Shown piece after piece: positions 62,101 to 64,000 of a stretch of DNA of 64,000 bases. Made by a program: the position numbers and the translations under genes. How positions within the stretch are numbered: position 1 is the first letter of the stretch; each line of letters begins with the position of its first letter. This stretch comes from Ostrea edulis (Eukaryota), in contig NC_079165.1 of the NCBI RefSeq assembly GCF_947568905.1, positions 3,720,001-3,784,000 on the forward strand, written 5' to 3'. A model generated the notes under the pieces. It searched no databases. It was not told where the DNA came from and saw only the letters and a program-made list of their open reading frames with translations.

Positions 62101-63518
62101 CTTGATAACTACTATTCCAATTCCTTTCAAATTTGGTATGAAGCATCTTTGGGACAAGGACATAAATTGTAAATTTCAGGACTCCAGGGGCCTTAAGGGC
62201 ATGGCAAAATCTGCCAAAAATTGACAAATTTATAAAAGTCTTCGCTACAACTGCATATCTTTAAGAAAAACTAAATGCATAATGATATAGAACAGAAAGC
62301 TAAGGCCTCTACCAAAATTGTAAATTTCATGATCTTCAGGGTAGAGGCTCTGACTCCAGGGCAGGATCAAACTTTGTATATATATATAGTGTATATGTGT
62401 AAAACATGTAAAAGATATTTGCTTTAATGCTTTTGATACAAAATTTAAACTAAATGGATGTTTGAAAGGAATTTTACCAGTGATCTTAGGGGGTAAGCTA
62501 AATTAAAGGGTTTTGTTCCAGGGTGGAGCCAAAATTATTATCGTGATTATTGTCTTTATCATTTGAAGGACTTCTTTAAGTTTACTGATATAGCAACTCC
62601 AGGGTTTTGACTTTGGGGTGGGTCCAAATTAGTGATATCGTTTAATTATAATACAGACATCATATTATGTAAATCCTTTCATCAGTATATACACTTTTGA
62701 GGGCATTGAAGTTTTAAGAACACATCTTGTTATATGCTATTGCTGAATATTAGAATTTAGCTTAGATATTCAGAACAGGAATTTTTTTCTCTAGATCTTT
62801 AGCCCTTGGGTTTAGCGATACTTTTAACTAGTACTCAGGTGACCAATAAGGCCTGTGGGCCTCTTATCTATACGCTAAGCTGACATGGCTTAGAGGACAT
62901 TGGTCTGTTACACGTAGTGAGTGAACACCTGTTTATATGATCAGCAGATGTAGAAGATGCAAATTAATTTTTATCTAAAATTTGTAACATACATATTCAT
63001 GACACCAGACAGAAAATAAAATCTAAGGCAGTTTAGTGCCAACACATTGGCAGTAAACCGGGCATGCTATCTGGAACACATACATAAAGGAGGGATAAAT
63101 CTTGTCAAATTTGTATAGAGTATCTCCATGTGTCAGACTGTCTACTATTGAAGGTCAAGGGCATATTTTTGGTCTGTCTATTCACAACTTTAACTTTGAT
63201 TATAATAGATAGACTTTTCACTTAGAAATTTAAAAGGTCAAGGACAGATAAGTATCACAAAGGTGCCACATTTGCATGCTCAGGAACCTGATGGTACACA
63301 ACTAGATCTGTGCTAGTCATATTACTCTTTTGTTACCACAGCTGGGACAAGGAACTTTGATCCGGGTCTCGCCCTCCCTAATTAAGCGGCGGAAGACACA
63401 CTTCCATCATCTTCCGTGTGGTGCCACCATTATTCTAGGGAACAACGGATACGTGTGGATCTGTCCCACAGAAAATGAAGAGACGGACCAGACTGGAGGC
63501 TACCAGCTCAGTATGGAG
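56118..63518 (+). CDS. EXOSC2: Exosome complex component RRP4, 3'-partial; exons 56118-56233, 56514-56618, 57588-57723, 60346-60411, 61441-61509, 63342-63518
   Basis: [118 protein letters not shown]; all junctions in frame. Confidence 0.96.
56740..57461 (-). mobile_element. Second copy of the TTAA (Kolobok-like) element, one end truncated
   Basis: Reverse complement aligns with 9844-10575; ends gggttgccttttcct|ttaa. Confidence 0.8.
57717..57990 (+). repeat. 40-bp minisatellite, about 7 copies, each with the exon-3 donor CTG|GTAAGT
   Basis: Intact donors at 57724, 57764, 57804, 57844, 57884 and 57924; the seventh is mutated to ATAAGT. Confidence 0.95.
58000..58245. repeat. ~35-bp minisatellite, about 7 copies
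   Basis: Unit tgggaatgactagtaaggttgattgatggaagatt. Confidence 0.9.
58880..60335. repeat. 19/21-bp satellite ending at the exon-4 acceptor
   Basis: Unit tgtaacacttgatttgttt(gt); 475-bp block duplication (marker ttgtca at 59301/59776 and 59486/59961). Confidence 0.95.
60412..61440 (+). other. U12-type (minor spliceosome) GT-AG intron of EXOSC2
   Basis: 5' splice site GTATCCTT; branch site TTTCCTTGAC at 61421-61430 about 11 nt before the AG; no polypyrimidine tract. Confidence 0.88.
61161..61282. mobile_element. Short inverted-repeat element (family also near 2285 and 43850)
   Basis: ttttgaaaatacacgagggt / gccctcatgcattttcaaaa. Confidence 0.55.
61550..62867 (+). mobile_element. SINE 5' half (61550-61660) followed by a 5'-deleted Helentron-type element (about 61665-62867)
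   Basis: The SINE matches 4111-4215. The Helentron-type element shares internal repeats and the 3' end caggtgaccaataaggcctgtgggcctctt with 49136-50587. Confidence 0.7.
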
Positions 63519-64000
63519 GTAAGGCCAGCTCAATATGGAGGTATCACCAGCTCAGTATGGAGGTATCACCAGCTCAGTATGGAGGTAACATCAGCTCAGT
63601 ATGGAGGTAACATCAGCTCAATATGGAGGTAACATCAGCTCAATATGGAGGTAACATCAGCTTGGTATGGAGGTATCACCAGCTCAATATGGAGGTAACA
63701 CCAGCTCAGTATGGAAGTACCATCAGCTCAGTATGGAGGTAACATCAGCTCAGTATGGAGGTAACACCAGCTCAGTATGGAGGTAACATCAGCTCATTAT
63801 AGAGGTAAAACCAGCTCAATATGGAGGTAACATCAGCTCAGTATGGAGGTATCATCAGCTCAGTATGGAGGTAAGGCCAGCTCAGTATGGAGGTAACACC
63901 AGCTCAGTATGGAGTTAAGGCCAGCTCAGTATGGGAGGTAGCACCAGCTCAGTATGGAGGTAACACCAGCTCAGTATGGAGGTAAGGTCAGCTCAGTATG
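63503..64000 (+). repeat. 22-bp minisatellite, at least 22 copies, each with the exon-6 donor GAG|GTA; runs off the window
   Basis: Unit ccagctcagtatggaggtaaca; the first unit overlaps the exon end at 63518. Confidence 0.95.

Overview
AT-rich animal genomic DNA, most likely an oyster (Ostreidae). The taxon is inferred from the CCK/sulfakinin peptide sequence and the Helentron-type repeats. Six intron-containing or single-exon genes could be rebuilt by hand with frame-consistent GT-AG junctions: a retinol-dehydrogenase-type SDR (+, 5' exon outside the window), a cholecystokinin/sulfakinin precursor (-), ADO (-) head-to-head with FBXL6 (+), and NTMT1 (-) head-to-head with EXOSC2 (+, 3' end outside the window). 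The rest is a dense mix of Penelope and RTE retroelement fragments, tRNA-derived SINEs, MITEs, Helentron-type non-autonomous elements and large minisatellites. Most notable: (1) a complete 366-bp miniature LTR retrotransposon whose 129-bp LTRs each carry a tRNA-like sequence (full cloverleaf in LTR1, 8-nt anticodon loop), with a tRNA-His-like PBS and a PPT; (2) five unrelated duplications or arrays seeded on exon/5' splice-site junctions, one of them the donor of a U12-type intron in EXOSC2; (3) multi-layer transposon nests whose empty sites are visible in paralogous copies in the same window. All calls were made by eye with no searches run; repeat boundaries are approximate unless a TSD is given.
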